This document shows positions 62,327-64,000 of a stretch of 64,000 nucleotides of DNA, in pieces. Source of the stretch: Escherichia phage dhabil. The stretch lies in sequence record MN850621.1, one strand, 5' to 3'. Every line of letters begins with the position of its first letter. Position 1 is the first letter of the stretch. A program made the translations under genes and the position numbers. The notes beneath the pieces were generated by a model. The model saw only the letters and a program-made list of their open reading frames with translations. It was not told the origin of the DNA and searched no databases.

Positions 62327-63421
62327 TTGATAATGAAAGTAAAAGAAATTGACATTGACGTAGCCTCCTTGTTTAAAGGAGGTTCAAAGACCTCCGCCGG
62401 CCAGTCTAAAGCTAAACCGGTCCAAACTACAGTAACGGCCCAATACCCAGCAGAAAGGGCCTCTGGTAATGACACCTCTACGGATATGGTGTTAAGCGAT
62501 TTATATAAAAACGGGCTACTTTTTACAGCATATAATTTTAGCTCTCGTGTATCACCCGATTTGCGTAATGACCGTTCAAGCCAAATGACTAAAAAGTTTT
62601 CAAAAGCCGCTAGTAAACTTACCGGTAATACCGGAGGATTCAGTGCGGTTAAAAACTTGTTTAGTAACAACTCTAAAGGAGTTAAATTTGATAGCCAGGC
62701 TTTAGCCAATATTTTGCTCCCACGTTCTAAATCTGATGTTGATTCGGTTACCCATAAATTTAATGATGTAGGCGAATCATTAATTACTAAAGGTGGTGGT
62801 ACTGCTACCGGTATTTTGAGTAACGTTGCCAGTACTGCTGTATTTGGAGCATTGGAATCCGTAACTAACGGCGTAATGGCCGATTCAGGTGAGCAAATAT
62901 ACACAACCGCCCGTAGTATGTATGCAGGGCCAGATAACCGTACTAAGGTATTTACTTGGGAAATGACCCCTAGAAACGCCCAAGACCTTATTCAGATTAT
63001 TAAAATATACGAAATCTTTAATTACTATTCTTATGGTGAAACCGGTAACTCTGCCTTCGCCGGTGAATTAAAAGAGAAGATTGATACTTGGTACCGTTCC
63101 ACATTTAAAAAAGAAGCTATTGATAACTTTGACGGCAAACTATTAGGCGAAGGTATTACGAGCTTCCTTTCTAATGTTATTGTGGTAAGTAACCCAACTA
63201 TTTGGTATATTCGAAACTTTGGTGATAGTAGTTCATACGATGGCCGTGAAGATATTTTCGGACCCTGCCAAATCCAAAGTATACGATTTGATAAAACTCC
63301 TGATGGACATTTTAACGGTTTGGCTATTGCTCCTAACTTACCATCTACGTTTAGTTTAGAAGTTACTTTCCGTGAAATCATTACTTTGAACCGTGGCTCA
63401 CTTTATACGGAAGGATTCTAA
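62327..63421 (+). CDS. 48: baseplate-tail tube junction protein gp48
   Basis: 364 aa, same length as T4 gp48; synteny. Confidence 0.85.
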   Translation: MIMKVKEIDIDVASLFKGGSKTSAGQSKAKPVQTTVTAQYPAERASGNDTSTDMVLSDLYKNGLLFTAYNFSSRVSPDLRNDRSSQMTKKFSKAASKLTGNTGGFSAVKNLFSNNSKGVKFDSQALANILLPRSKSDVDSVTHKFNDVGESLITKGGGTATGILSNVASTAVFGALESVTNGVMADSGEQIYTTARSMYAGPDNRTKVFTWEMTPRNAQDLIQIIKIYEIFNYYSYGETGNSAFAGELKEKIDTWYRSTFKKEAIDNFDGKLLGEGITSFLSNVIVVSNPTIWYIRNFGDSSSYDGREDIFGPCQIQSIRFDKTPDGHFNGLAIAPNLPSTFSLEVTFREIITLNRGSLYTEGF

Positions 63422-64000
63422 TGTATACTTTACAAGAATTTCAAAACCAGGCAATTAATATTGACCTACAGAGGAATAACCTGTTTAGTGTAGTATTTGC
63501 TACAGTTCCTTCTTCTAAATCCCAAGCGCTCCTCGACCAGTTCGGTGGAGCTTTATTTAACAATATCCCATTGAACACTGATTTGTTTGGAATTACTCAA
63601 GGAGAGTTGACTCAAGGTGTTACGACATTAGTGACCGCGGGCACTCAGAAGTTGATTCGTAAGTCAGGCATAAGTAAATATCTGATTGGTGCTATGTCAT
63701 CCAGGGTTGTGCAGAGCTTACTAGGTGAGTTTGAAGTCGGGACTTATCTGATGGATTTTTTCAATATGGCTTATCCTACGGCAGGTCTTTTAGTCCATGC
63801 TGTTAAAATCCCAGATAATACTTTGAACTATGAAATGGATTTGAATCACAACTCGCCTAATATCAAAATTACCGGAAGAGAATATTCTCCATTGGTATTA
63901 AGCTTCCGTATGGATTCTGAAGCTGCTAACTACCGTGCTTTTAATGATTGGGTCAACAGTGTCCAAGACCCTATTACACAATTAAGAGCATTGCCAGAGG
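63421..64000 (+). CDS. 54: baseplate tail-tube initiator gp54 (truncated at window end)
   Basis: ATGA-coupled to gene 48; open to the window edge; synteny. Confidence 0.8.
   Translation, partial: MYTLQEFQNQAINIDLQRNNLFSVVFATVPSSKSQALLDQFGGALFNNIPLNTDLFGITQGELTQGVTTLVTAGTQKLIRKSGISKYLIGAMSSRVVQSLLGEFEVGTYLMDFFNMAYPTAGLLVHAVKIPDNTLNYEMDLNHNSPNIKITGREYSPLVLSFRMDSEAANYRAFNDWVNSVQDPITQLRALPE

Overview
This window is a contiguous segment of a T4-like (Tevenvirinae-type) myovirus genome. Identification rests on reading the translated ORFs against remembered T4 protein sequences; no database search was run. Positions 1-16200 are almost entirely minus-strand: denV, lysozyme e, nudE, then a hyperplastic accessory region of small ORFs served by repeated early-promoter cassettes, a three-tRNA cluster, internal-protein genes, 57B/57A, and genes 1, 3, 2 and 4, with an HNH endonuclease inserted between 3 and 2. 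Positions 16200-48340 are the plus-strand late structural module in T4 order (53, 5, 5.4, 6-12, wac, 13-24), with TATAAATA late promoters and hairpin terminators; gene 24 is present as two tandem paralogs. The remainder holds rnlB, an expanded hoc locus, inh, uvsW, uvsY and baseplate genes 25, 26, 51, 27, 28, 29, 48 and the start of 54. The most novel candidates are (i) the hoc locus, where a collagen-like protein with chitin-binding-type modules is translationally coupled to a second Hoc-like protein opposite canonical hoc, and (ii) a tandem array of five small acidic paralogs that all end in a W-x-x-S-S-x-x-Cys motif. No CRISPR array, integrase or transposase was seen.
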